In this document: positions 55,872 to 64,000 of the stretch, piece by piece
How the letters are laid out: each line of letters starts with the position of its first letter
How positions within the stretch are numbered: the first letter of the stretch is position 1
Sequence record: PP761450.1
Source of the DNA: Escherichia phage LHE287
DNA length: 64,000 bases
Reading direction: 5' to 3' (one strand)
Notes under the pieces: model-generated
The model's input: the letters and a program-made list of their open reading frames with translations, nothing else
Told to the model about the DNA's origin: nothing
Database searches by the model: none
Made by a program: the position numbers and the translations under genes

Positions 55872-56405
55872 TTAGAGAGACTTGTCTGAAATGGCCTGGA
55901 AGTAACGCAGGTCAACAGTGAACTGAGTATAAGAGTCCATTGCAGACATGTCCAGTTCCAGCTGACCGAGGTTCTGAGGCCAGGTGCCCTGAAGGGTCCA
56001 GGTCTTGGTGACGTTGTCATTCGCATCCAGCAGTTCCATGATTACATCACGGAAATAATCATCTGGGTTAGCAGACGCACGGTTGTTGTTGCTGCCGTTG
56101 ATATACTGCTGCCAGACTTCGAATGCGTTGTACGGGGCGTTGTCCACGACGTTGATGAACGTCACAGGCAGAGCCTCGAAACGACGGTCGCCTGGGAATG
56201 GAAGTTCACGACCACCCCATGGGACGAGTATTTCCCCGAGCTGGCCTGTTGGGGTATTTGTGGTCACCGCTAACAGCGAAACATCACGGATGGTATCGCT
56301 TCCAGCCACGAAGGAAGGGAAGTTAACAGTCACACGCCAACGGTGTTGGCGCTGAACGCCGCCCCCGCGTGACATAGCTGCTCTGAATTCATTAACTGTA
56401 GCCAT
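55872..56405 (-). CDS. gp19: tail tube protein (T4 gp19-like)
   Basis: C-terminal TWPQNLGQLELDMSAMDSYTQFTVDLRYF vs T4 gp19 LWPTNVGELQLDWDSNNEIQTFEVTLALDYWE. Confidence 0.85.
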   Translation of the reverse strand: MATVNEFRAAMSRGGGVQRQHRWRVTVNFPSFVAGSDTIRDVSLLAVTTNTPTGQLGEILVPWGGRELPFPGDRRFEALPVTFINVVDNAPYNAFEVWQQYINGSNNNRASANPDDYFRDVIMELLDANDNVTKTWTLQGTWPQNLGQLELDMSAMDSYTQFTVDLRYFQAISDKSL

Positions 56406-56430
56406 GGTCGTTCTCCTCTGAATAGTGTAA

Positions 56431-56438
56431 ATATTTAG
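56431..56438 (-). promoter_or_regulatory. candidate late promoter variant CTAAATAT upstream of tail tube gene
   Basis: minus strand aaCTAAATATt 25 nt upstream of gp19 ATG. Confidence 0.35.
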
Positions 56439-56821
56439 TTTTGAAATAAATGGGGGTTAAAATACCCCAAAGTGAGGATATTTATTATGTCATTCCCCCG
56501 ATAAAATTGTTCATGCTACCACAAACCGTTCACCCCAACCAGGAAGGCTGCGTTGTATTGTAGTGACGAATGTAAATCATTCATGCTGGGAACGATGAAA
56601 CGCAACTCAGATTTATTGGTCAATCTTCCGGCGACCGAAACTGAATGCCGCTCTTGGGTTGATAGTAAACTCAGGAAGAAAGATGGTTCGTTGAACTTGG
56701 ATACGATACAGAAGGAAAACAGAGGATATGCTGGCGATAGAAGCCGGGTTGGGTGTATCTGGGGTGTGGTCTTATCCGGTATGAACTGGAAACTAAAACC
56801 CCGCCTCAGCGGGGTAAACTA

Positions 56822-57178
56822 CTATTTGCGAATGCTAACCTGAGCATAATACACATGATAATCACCATGGGCACGGAAGCTGGTGAGGTGGAATGTGACG
56901 AGGTGGCTCCCGAAAGCTACAACTTTGGTATCTGGGGAGCATAAATCATTAGCCAGTTCACCCAGAACCTTACCACAAAACTCCTCAACGATAGCGTTAA
57001 ATCTGTCAATGTGTGGACTGGTCACCGTCATTGGACCAACATCTGCACAGTAGATCCCTTTTATCATCTTTCCCTGGCTGTCGCGTACTGGCTTTGCAGG
57101 CTGGTAAGGATTGATGCGGCGTTTCAGGTTACAGAGGCCGATTTCTTTCAGGATAGCGTTAATTTCAGTCTTGGTCAT
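56822..57178 (-). CDS. hypothetical protein (118 aa), moron between tube and sheath genes
   Basis: ATG 57178 inside conserved leader ...GAAGGAACTATATCATG (cassette copy B). Confidence 0.5.
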   Translation of the reverse strand: MTKTEINAILKEIGLCNLKRRINPYQPAKPVRDSQGKMIKGIYCADVGPMTVTSPHIDRFNAIVEEFCGKVLGELANDLCSPDTKVVAFGSHLVTFHLTSFRAHGDYHVYYAQVSIRK

Positions 57179-57220
57179 GATATAGTTCCTTCGTTTCAAG
57201 TTGGTGTCGTACTGCTTATG
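57179..57220 (-). repeat. conserved 5' leader, cassette copy B
   Basis: ATAAGCAGTACGACACCAACTTGAAACGAAGGAACTATATC-ATG. Confidence 0.8.
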
Positions 57221-57226
57221 TTTAGA

Positions 57227-57255
57227 ATTATACGTGAGTTATTGAAGAAGTAAAG
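57227..57255 (-). promoter_or_regulatory. early-type promoter, cassette copy B (-35 CTTTAC, 17 bp, -10 TATAAT)
   Basis: minus strand CTTTACttcttcaataactcacgTATAAT followed by conserved leader to ATG 57178. Confidence 0.6.
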
Positions 57256-57278
57256 TAATTCAATAAAATAATCTGGGA

Positions 57279-57305
57279 AAAATTTAAAACCCCGCCGAAG
57301 CGGGG
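57279..57305 (-). terminator. rho-independent terminator, same hairpin as after gp23
   Basis: CCCCGC-CGAA-GCGGGG then TTTTAAATTTTT on minus strand. Confidence 0.8.
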
Positions 57306-57310
57306 TCTTG

Positions 57311-57613
57311 TTACACTTTGCTGTATTTCTTAAACAATTTACCGAGTTCACCTGGGGCTTCTCGAGTTCCAGCAGCTTTGCTAACAACCTGTTTATCTTT
57401 CTTCAGGTCGAATACTTTGATCTCTTTGCCATTATATGTATATTCAAAATCATCAATGGTTATGCGGAAGAAATCTCCAAATACTCCATTTTCGATATCA
57501 CCCTTTTTGAGCCTTACATCTTGGTCTTCCAACCATTCAATCACGGAGTCTTTAACTTTCTGAAGGTCACCTTTTAGGCCTGCTTCTGCTAAAAATTGAG
57601 AAAAACTTTTCAT
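57311..57613 (-). CDS. hypothetical protein (100 aa), moron between tube and sheath genes
   Basis: GAGGT SD; followed by terminator identical to the one after gp23. Confidence 0.5.
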   Translation of the reverse strand: MKSFSQFLAEAGLKGDLQKVKDSVIEWLEDQDVRLKKGDIENGVFGDFFRITIDDFEYTYNGKEIKVFDLKKDKQVVSKAAGTREAPGELGKLFKKYSKV

Positions 57614-57628
57614 AACAATACCTCAATG

Positions 57629-57646
57629 TGCCCTCCGAAGAGGGCA
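57629..57646 (-). terminator. hairpin after tail sheath gene
   Basis: TGCCCTC-CGAA-GAGGGCA; weak U-tract. Confidence 0.45.
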
Positions 57647-57655
57647 TGGAGTAAA

Positions 57656-59551
57656 TTAAGAAACGGCTACGATACCACCACCAGTTTCGATCTCGCTGAA
57701 CTCCATGTCCGGACGTACCGCAGCAAAGTCCAGATACACCCAGTTGATGGAGTATTCTGGTTTCAGCCAGATACCCGCGACCATCTGGTTCGCAGCGATA
57801 ACATCAGCGGTGTTGTTGTCCTCGTCACACTTCACCATCCCGTCATAGATCGCGCCCATGTTGGCCAACTGGCGGATATATGGGCGGACAGCGTTGCTGA
57901 ACAACCCACGAGTGAATGCATCGTTGTTCTCACCAAGGTAGTATTTGGCGATGGCTGCGATGTTCTGCTCTGCCATAATGAACAGACCACGAACGTTGAT
58001 GCGGTCGAACGCAGATGGGCGGGTCAGGCCAGTCTTGTCGCCGTACAACACGATGCCTTCGTTGGAGAAGGTGACGATGCTGTTGATCTGGTTGCGATAC
58101 AGCACAGCACGCTCATCAGAAGACGCAGACCACGCCATTCGATTATAGTTGTTGTATTTACCACGGTTGTGGAACGCTGGAGACTTGTAGATACCCGCGA
58201 TTTCAATGCTTCGCGCCCAAACACCTGCGGTGCCGCCACAAGCCGGAATCCAACGCATTTTGTCGTTGTACTTGTCGTACACATACGCCCAGTTGTCATC
58301 CATGAAGAAGTAGGAGGAGTCGCGAACAAGGCTTTCACGCCAGGCCACAACATCATCCATCTCACGGCCACGGTTTCCGACGACCGTATCGCGAAGAGGA
58401 GACACGAAGGACACTGTGTCTTTACGCTCAGTGGACAGGTCGATCAGCGCCTGCTGCTCAATCAGTTCTTCACAGAAACCGAACACTGGCTTGGCATCAT
58501 ACGCTTCGGCGTTGTTCAGTGCCTGGATAGCCGCAACACGGTTCCCAGTGTAATCGTCTACACCACCTTCGAGTTCAATGACACCAGCAGCCAGGGTATT
58601 GGCGAAGGCGTACACCCAATTTGAGGTGCCGTTGATCACGTCTTTGAAGTACGCATTGGATCCATCAGATTTCTTAGAACCCTGAGCGGTCTGCACCAGT
58701 TCATACTTCTCGATGATCGTACCGGAAGCACCAACAGTGGTGACGGCAGCGGTAGCAGTCAGACCATTCGCGTCTGGAACAATCGCAGTCGCAGCCTGAG
58801 GACCGATTGCTTTGTGAGTGACGGTGACGGTGTTGGACTTCACGACAACAGAAGAATACACTTCAGACAGGGACGTCAGCGCAGTTCCGATCTTTGTCGC
58901 CAAGGTCGCCGGGGTGTCAGCGTCAGTGTACGCCACGGCTTCACCAGCAACAGAGATGGAACCAGCAGCGGTGGCAGTACCGGATACAGAGATACGATCA
59001 ACCTGACTAACAGCGCCAGAAGAGTCGGTGATGCGACCTACTTTGTCAACGATGGCGATATGGTACTCGCCATCCTGCGGAGCATATGCGAAGTTGTTAC
59101 GGAATTCCCAGGTCGGGAACAGCGCAGCGTCACAGATGTTCACAGCAATGTCGTTACCCAGAGAGCCAGCATAGCGGCCTGTCCAGGTAATAGACGCAGA
59201 TGGAGACGCAGTTTCGAAGTCTAGTTTGTTGCGGATAAGGATTGCAGTCTGACCTTTGGTTACAGCGTTGCGTGCCGCCGGACCGACCACACGGGTCACC
59301 CATGCAACAGAGCTGTAAGACAGGAAGTCAGCAATCACCAAGAAGTCGGTGGCAGTTGCATCGTTTGGCTTGAAGAATTTCTTCACCAGACCAGTTTCGC
59401 CACCAGTGACCAACACAGGGAGTTCTGCTTCACCCCATTGGAATTTGCCGACAGTCGCACCCTGAACAACAACGGATGGAGACGTCTGAAGCGTGGCATC
59501 ACGCTCAGTCCACTGTACGGACGGCGCAACGCTGAAGCTTTGAGTTGCCAT
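57656..59551 (-). CDS. gp18: tail sheath protein (T4 gp18-like)
   Basis: start ATG 59551 (AAGGA SD); YDKYNDKMRWIPACGGTAGVWAR, DRINVRGLF match T4 gp18. Confidence 0.9.
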   Translation of the reverse strand: MATQSFSVAPSVQWTERDATLQTSPSVVVQGATVGKFQWGEAELPVLVTGGETGLVKKFFKPNDATATDFLVIADFLSYSSVAWVTRVVGPAARNAVTKGQTAILIRNKLDFETASPSASITWTGRYAGSLGNDIAVNICDAALFPTWEFRNNFAYAPQDGEYHIAIVDKVGRITDSSGAVSQVDRISVSGTATAAGSISVAGEAVAYTDADTPATLATKIGTALTSLSEVYSSVVVKSNTVTVTHKAIGPQAATAIVPDANGLTATAAVTTVGASGTIIEKYELVQTAQGSKKSDGSNAYFKDVINGTSNWVYAFANTLAAGVIELEGGVDDYTGNRVAAIQALNNAEAYDAKPVFGFCEELIEQQALIDLSTERKDTVSFVSPLRDTVVGNRGREMDDVVAWRESLVRDSSYFFMDDNWAYVYDKYNDKMRWIPACGGTAGVWARSIEIAGIYKSPAFHNRGKYNNYNRMAWSASSDERAVLYRNQINSIVTFSNEGIVLYGDKTGLTRPSAFDRINVRGLFIMAEQNIAAIAKYYLGENNDAFTRGLFSNAVRPYIRQLANMGAIYDGMVKCDEDNNTADVIAANQMVAGIWLKPEYSINWVYLDFAAVRPDMEFSEIETGGGIVAVS

Positions 59552-59592
59552 AATCTTATTCCTTCTCTGTAGAGTTTCGCTCAATTTGAAAG

Positions 59593-59600
59593 ATATTTAG
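59593..59600 (-). promoter_or_regulatory. candidate late promoter variant CTAAATAT upstream of tail sheath gene
   Basis: minus strand CTAAATAT about 42 nt upstream of gp18 ATG. Confidence 0.35.
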
Positions 59601-59603
59601 TGA

Positions 59604-61814
59604 TCACCGTCTCAGCCATTCTTCCATAGACACACCAGAGCGTTCATCATAAACCTGAATTCCACCGAACCCTGGGATGTTCTCCACAGAGTGAGGATCT
59701 GGTGTCGACATCATACCCCCAAATGGTAGCATCTGAGATTCTTCCATCGCAGACAACCGTCCTCTCATGTCCACAGAGATATTTGAATTGGTGAGATCAC
59801 TAAACCATTCTTGTTTCACCGCCCATGCATACAACACGAGGGGCATTACACAGTCATCATGACAACCATCATCGGCTTCATACCTTGTTCCAGTCCATAC
59901 GAATGTACTGAGTTCATCTATCGTGTCCTGGTCATCTATCACCAGCATTTCACGTTCAATCAGGGCTTTCAGGTTGGCACAGCCGTTTGTGCGCACCTTC
60001 TTGTTGGTATTGATACCAGGCTCAGGGCGGCGACCACCGATTCTCTTGCCTGTACCCTTGGTATCTGTTGTAGTGAAGATGATCTCGGGATATTCAATTT
60101 CCTGGTATAGAATTGTGATTACCTGACCACCCACGTCGTTGTTGGTCTCGACTAGCATCGGGCACGTTCCATACTTCTCACCCATATCGGCGATTGTGTA
60201 CGCGTACATCATTGGAGGTATCGTGTTATTTCGATACTTGGCTGCGATCTTGTGAGGATAGTCTGTGATGTCGATAATGGTCAGCACAGAATAATCCCCT
60301 TCGACACCCTTGCCTGTATCTGCGATACCCATATAGATGCGCTTAGGATCGTAGTCGTGATAAATCTTGGTGAACTCGTTCGGCTCCTGATACAGCTTCG
60401 AGGTCATCTTGTCCAGACACTTGGCAGGTATCAGTGATCCCACAGAACCACGGAACTTAATGCCAAATTCTTGATCGAAACGTGCATCACCCAGCTTCGC
60501 CCTTTGTTTGGATTCCCAGTCTGGATCTTTGGTGTACGTTGGAACACGATACCATGGGACCTCTGTGAGTTTGAAGTCGTTGTATTGTGGATGTTCTGGG
60601 TTCGCCTTGGTGACGATGTCGTAGAACAACCCGCGCTGACCTTTCGGCGTACTGGTCAGAATACAACGTGAAGTCTCTGCAGATGCAATCGCCGGGAATG
60701 TAGACTCCCAGAATTCAAAGTCGTTTTCAATGAACGCCACTTCGTCCACATACAGGAGCGATACAGATCGACCACGGATGGAGTCGGAAGATGTCGCATA
60801 GGCGTAGATCTTTGATCCGTTTTCGAACTCTATCAGCGTGGAACCGAACTTCTCACAACCCTGTTGGAGGAAGAATGGCAAATCTTGATATGCTTTGCGA
60901 ATACGATCTAGGATTTCAATCGCCTGCTTCTCTTTGTTCGCCAGTACTGCGATCTCTTTGTCGGAGTGGAACATCGCATACCAGAGCAGGAACGCTGCCA
61001 CGACAGTCGTGTTGTGGCTGAGGAAGCCGTTGGTGTAGTAGCGCTGATCACTAGATTTCACCTGTAGGTCATACATGTGATGCGTCTCACCAGTCTGCCA
61101 AACCTCACGGATTTCTTCTGGACCTTCTGACGTCATGATGTATGACCCAGCATTCAGGTCTTTGGCAAATATCTCCTTCATTTCCGGAGTGAAGAATATA
61201 TGTTCGTCGGCCACGTTAATTCGCCGCCCAGTAACAGTCACAATAACGAATTCCGCATATTTCTTCGTCTTATGCGCTGCGATAACCGGAACCCAGCCAC
61301 TATCGGATTGCACAAAGTAACGCTTGCCGAAGCGGCTGTCCACGAACTTGTCATGGTTGCCAATGGTATTCAGCGGCACAGCGTGGTTGACGTCCTCGAA
61401 GCGGCTGTGAAGCTCCCCTATGGTCAGGAGCAACTGCTCTTGGCTGAGAGTATCGTAAACTGTGACAAGCGTGTCACCTTTTACACATTTCCCAGACTGA
61501 CGAGCCTGGACGACCGCATTGAATCGATAGTCCTGGAAGTCATGGAACAACTGCTTCTGGTAATCGTGCATGTCAAAGAGGATGAAGCCTTTATCGATGG
61601 TCGTGATCTTGTAGTAGTTGGCGGCGAAGTAATGGGCGTCCATCGCACACTCGACGAACTCCGATTCTTGTTCGTCGGTTAGCATCAACTCCACACGAGG
61701 TGCACGCACAGACGGCTTGCGCATGAACGTTTGGTCCATACGCAGTCTGACGTCTTCTGTCTTAAACCCCGTCTTGAGCGGGGCGTATTCTACATCACGC
61801 TTCTGATACGCCAT
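59604..61814 (-). CDS. gp17: terminase large subunit (T4 gp17-like) interrupted by an in-frame mini-intein
   Basis: YYKITTIDKGFILFDMHDYQ and RQSGK/TTVVAAFLLW match T4 gp17 Walker A SRQLGKTTVVAIFLAH once residues 116-274 (track numbering) are removed; start at ATG 61814 (GGAGAAGGTG SD). Confidence 0.9.
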   Translation of the reverse strand: MAYQKRDVEYAPLKTGFKTEDVRLRMDQTFMRKPSVRAPRVELMLTDEQESEFVECAMDAHYFAANYYKITTIDKGFILFDMHDYQKQLFHDFQDYRFNAVVQARQSGKCVKGDTLVTVYDTLSQEQLLLTIGELHSRFEDVNHAVPLNTIGNHDKFVDSRFGKRYFVQSDSGWVPVIAAHKTKKYAEFVIVTVTGRRINVADEHIFFTPEMKEIFAKDLNAGSYIMTSEGPEEIREVWQTGETHHMYDLQVKSSDQRYYTNGFLSHNTTVVAAFLLWYAMFHSDKEIAVLANKEKQAIEILDRIRKAYQDLPFFLQQGCEKFGSTLIEFENGSKIYAYATSSDSIRGRSVSLLYVDEVAFIENDFEFWESTFPAIASAETSRCILTSTPKGQRGLFYDIVTKANPEHPQYNDFKLTEVPWYRVPTYTKDPDWESKQRAKLGDARFDQEFGIKFRGSVGSLIPAKCLDKMTSKLYQEPNEFTKIYHDYDPKRIYMGIADTGKGVEGDYSVLTIIDITDYPHKIAAKYRNNTIPPMMYAYTIADMGEKYGTCPMLVETNNDVGGQVITILYQEIEYPEIIFTTTDTKGTGKRIGGRRPEPGINTNKKVRTNGCANLKALIEREMLVIDDQDTIDELSTFVWTGTRYEADDGCHDDCVMPLVLYAWAVKQEWFSDLTNSNISVDMRGRLSAMEESQMLPFGGMMSTPDPHSVENIPGFGGIQVYDERSGVSMEEWLRR
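61011..61487 (-). mobile_element. mini-intein (159 aa) within terminase large-subunit P-loop
   Basis: begins CVKGDTLVTV, ends YTNGFLSHN followed by Thr +1; excision restores RQSGKTTVVAAF; length implies no homing-endonuclease domain. Confidence 0.7.
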
Positions 61815-62496
61815 TGTCTTCACCTTCTCCATTCGGCTCTGCCTGAACGTCGATTACATCTTCTTCGGGATCAGGTCCTTTGGACGCAGCTTTCGCTGCA
61901 GCACGTTCTTCAGCACGTTTACGGGCGTCTTCGATGGTCTTCAGTAGATCACGGGAAGACCTGGCCTGTTTACCGACGTTGACCGTGGTTGTGCCATCAG
62001 GGGACGTGGTGACCTCGACGGTTGTTTCGTCTCCAGGAGGTGGCTCTCTGTCGCCCGTGACCGCCTTGATAGTTTTCTGGTTCTCCATCAGGTCTTTGTT
62101 CAGACCGCGCATGAGTTCACCCAACTCTTTGAAGACTGTGAAAGCACGGGGTGCTTCAGTCGTCGTCGCAAGTTTGGCTGCCTGTCCCATCATGAACATC
62201 GTGGCTTCCTGCATGGCATAAGTCGTGTCACGGATGCGTTTGTAGTCGGTGGTGGCATCAGTATCTTCGAAGTCTGGAACCTTAGACTCCTTGGGCTTCA
62301 GCTCTTCTGGGTCCAATGAAGGAGGAAACACCACAGGCTCATACCCCGCAGGCTTTTCACCCAACCATTCGCCTGTATCCGGATCGTAATCTTTTCCGGC
62401 CATAGGCGAGGTCTTCTCCATGACTTCTTGAGCGACCTCATCCCGCGCTTGGATAGCACTGAGGGTGGATAATAGGCGTTCTGACATAGCACTCAT
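61795..62496 (-). CDS. gp16: terminase small subunit (T4 gp16-like)
   Basis: TTDYKRIRDTTYAMQEATMFMMGQAAK...FTVFKELGELMRG resembles T4 gp16; ATG 62496 with GGAG SD. Confidence 0.7.
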   Translation of the reverse strand: MSAMSERLLSTLSAIQARDEVAQEVMEKTSPMAGKDYDPDTGEWLGEKPAGYEPVVFPPSLDPEELKPKESKVPDFEDTDATTDYKRIRDTTYAMQEATMFMMGQAAKLATTTEAPRAFTVFKELGELMRGLNKDLMENQKTIKAVTGDREPPPGDETTVEVTTSPDGTTTVNVGKQARSSRDLLKTIEDARKRAEERAAAKAASKGPDPEEDVIDVQAEPNGEGEDNGVSEA

Positions 62497-62498
62497 AA

Positions 62499-63194
62499 TC
62501 AATCTCCAGGATGATGTACACCGTCTTTATCAACACGGAACCACTCCGGCAGTTCCGTCCACGGTGTTTTCAAATCATTAGACATTTCGATAATTATCTC
62601 TTTGATCCCGTTAGGATCCCCGCCTCCCTCGTTGTCCACCCAATAGTCATACCCGTAGATGAAGCCGCTCAGCTGGAACATGAAGGAGCAGTCGACGTGT
62701 GGTGAATCAGAAGCATCCCCTTCCCAGTTATCGGACATCTGGTGGCTGATCAGTTGGATCTTGATCTTCTGGTCTTGCTGTAGTGTATCGTTGTCCTTGA
62801 TACCACAGTCTAGAGAGGGAGTGAATACCGAATAAACCTGCTCTAGCACCTGTAACATCTCAACCAATTTCTTGGTTCGGATATTGTACTCAAAATCGAT
62901 AATCAGGGGGATTCGCTGCTTCGCCCCTGCTGTTGGTGTCGATTGTCGATTGTGGTACGTCTTCGTCACCTGTTTGTTGATCTCAAACTGACCAAAAGAG
63001 AAGGTCGCAAATGGAAGCATGTTGGACGGCACGTTCCTGTTGAGGTCATTGCGTCTCCCGATGGCCATGTGTAATGGGACTTCCATAAGACCACGCTCTG
63101 TGTTCACCTTCAGATCAGACATAATGGTGGCAAACAGATTGATGTATTTCATCAATGAATCATGGTAGAAGTAATTTTCAAATGGTCTGGCCAT
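62499..63194 (-). CDS. gp15: tail sheath stabiliser/terminator (T4 gp15-like)
   Basis: N-terminus MARPFENYFYHDSLMKYINLFATIMSDLKVNTERGLMEVPL vs T4 gp15 MFGYFYNSSFRRYATLMGDLFSNIQIKRQLESGDKFIRVPI. Confidence 0.75.
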   Translation of the reverse strand: MARPFENYFYHDSLMKYINLFATIMSDLKVNTERGLMEVPLHMAIGRRNDLNRNVPSNMLPFATFSFGQFEINKQVTKTYHNRQSTPTAGAKQRIPLIIDFEYNIRTKKLVEMLQVLEQVYSVFTPSLDCGIKDNDTLQQDQKIKIQLISHQMSDNWEGDASDSPHVDCSFMFQLSGFIYGYDYWVDNEGGGDPNGIKEIIIEMSNDLKTPWTELPEWFRVDKDGVHHPGD

Positions 63195-63196
63195 GA

Positions 63197-63847
63197 TTAT
63201 TCTCCAAAGTCGATCTTCATCTTGTCTGTTGCAAGCCCCTTCTCAAGATCATCTGCTAAAGCATTGTCGGTCTGCAGAGAAGAATCCTTGTACACGTCCG
63301 GTTCGTTCTCTTCGTCCAAGATGGACAGACGTTTGTCGATATCGTCGATCTCCGGAACGCCCGTATCGAAGTTTTCGTTGCCGTACTGGAACAACGTACA
63401 CGGCAGAGAGAACGTATACCATTTGCCAAATTGCATGAAGTCTTCATCGTTGTTCGGGTTGTTGACCTTGAAGATCTTGTTCGCCAGTGGTAGATAGATC
63501 AGGTCACCTTCCTGAGGTTGTTGTTCAAACCCAACACCGTTGCCTATCACCTCGGCAAATCGGCGGCGCGAGATAGAGAACGTCACTTCGTCTTGCAATT
63601 GGATACCCCCAAACTTCTCCCACATCTGGGTGTTGAAGCCCTGATAATCCTGCATGTATGCTTCGATGTCGAACGCCTGATCGAATCTGTGGTTAGCATC
63701 GTTGGTGATAGGAAATTTTTCAACGATGGAACGGGGTATATACTTGATGTCTATCCCGCGCAACTCAATCATTTCCTGTACCAAATCTTCAATCAGCTTC
63801 TGTGTGCCTTGGTGATTGGTGGCGTTGAAATATTTAGAAGTGGCCAT
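63197..63847 (-). CDS. gp14: neck protein (gp14-like, by position)
   Basis: 216 aa directly 5' of gp15; GAGGG SD; CTAAATA-type box 23 nt upstream. Confidence 0.55.
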   Translation of the reverse strand: MATSKYFNATNHQGTQKLIEDLVQEMIELRGIDIKYIPRSIVEKFPITNDANHRFDQAFDIEAYMQDYQGFNTQMWEKFGGIQLQDEVTFSISRRRFAEVIGNGVGFEQQPQEGDLIYLPLANKIFKVNNPNNDEDFMQFGKWYTFSLPCTLFQYGNENFDTGVPEIDDIDKRLSILDEENEPDVYKDSSLQTDNALADDLEKGLATDKMKIDFGE

Positions 63848-63869
63848 ATCGATACCCTCAATTTTGAAG

Positions 63870-63877
63870 GTATTTAG
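63870..63877 (-). promoter_or_regulatory. candidate late promoter variant CTAAATAC upstream of gp14
   Basis: minus strand CTAAATAC 23 nt upstream of ATG 63847. Confidence 0.35.
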
Positions 63878-63906
63878 TCGAAGTTTATTCTTTTGAGGAA
63901 TAGCTC

Positions 63907-64000
63907 ATGCAAGTGGAAGACATCAAAGAAGTTCGCAGCGGTCGTCGCGTCCGAATCATCTGTGTGGACGCCAAGATTGGAGGTGGTGATTACGACATCG
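63907..64000 (+). CDS. hypothetical protein, 5' part only (continues past window end)
   Basis: ATG 63907 with GAGGAA SD; translation MQVEDIKEVRSGRRVRIICVDAKIGGGDYDI... Confidence 0.4.
   Translation, partial: MQVEDIKEVRSGRRVRIICVDAKIGGGDYDI

Overview
This window reads as a contiguous piece of a T4-like myovirus genome, with almost every gene on the minus strand. All calls rest on manual translation and motif recognition; no database search was possible. From low to high coordinates: a nucleotide-metabolism block (partial glutaredoxin, nrdB, nrdA, phoH, endolysin); a gp61-like primase; a 1124-aa repeat-containing protein; gp46/gp47 (SbcCD-like), a gp55-like late sigma factor, RNase HI, a DinG-like helicase and an HU-like protein; an accessory region of small secreted/membrane proteins (22.4-27.4 kb); an ACP-like protein next to a large vWA protein; an overlapping Prs-like/NAMPT-like pair; three large unassigned proteins; regA-gp62-gp44-gp45; UvsW, a PD-(D/E)XK nuclease and UvsY; then the structural module gp23-gp22-gp21-gp68-gp67-gp20-gp19-(two inserted small genes)-gp18-gp17-gp16-gp15-gp14. 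The strongest candidates for something new or unusual are: the Prs-like/NAMPT-like operon (a possible NAD+ reconstitution counter-defence module); an acyl-carrier-protein homolog with Glu in place of the phosphopantetheine-site Ser, directly downstream of the vWA protein; a 159-aa mini-intein splitting the terminase P-loop; and two families of duplicated promoter-leader-terminator cassettes driving small moron-like genes. No tRNA, rRNA or CRISPR array was found. Several start codons were refined from the ORF track, which also uses GTG/TTG starts.
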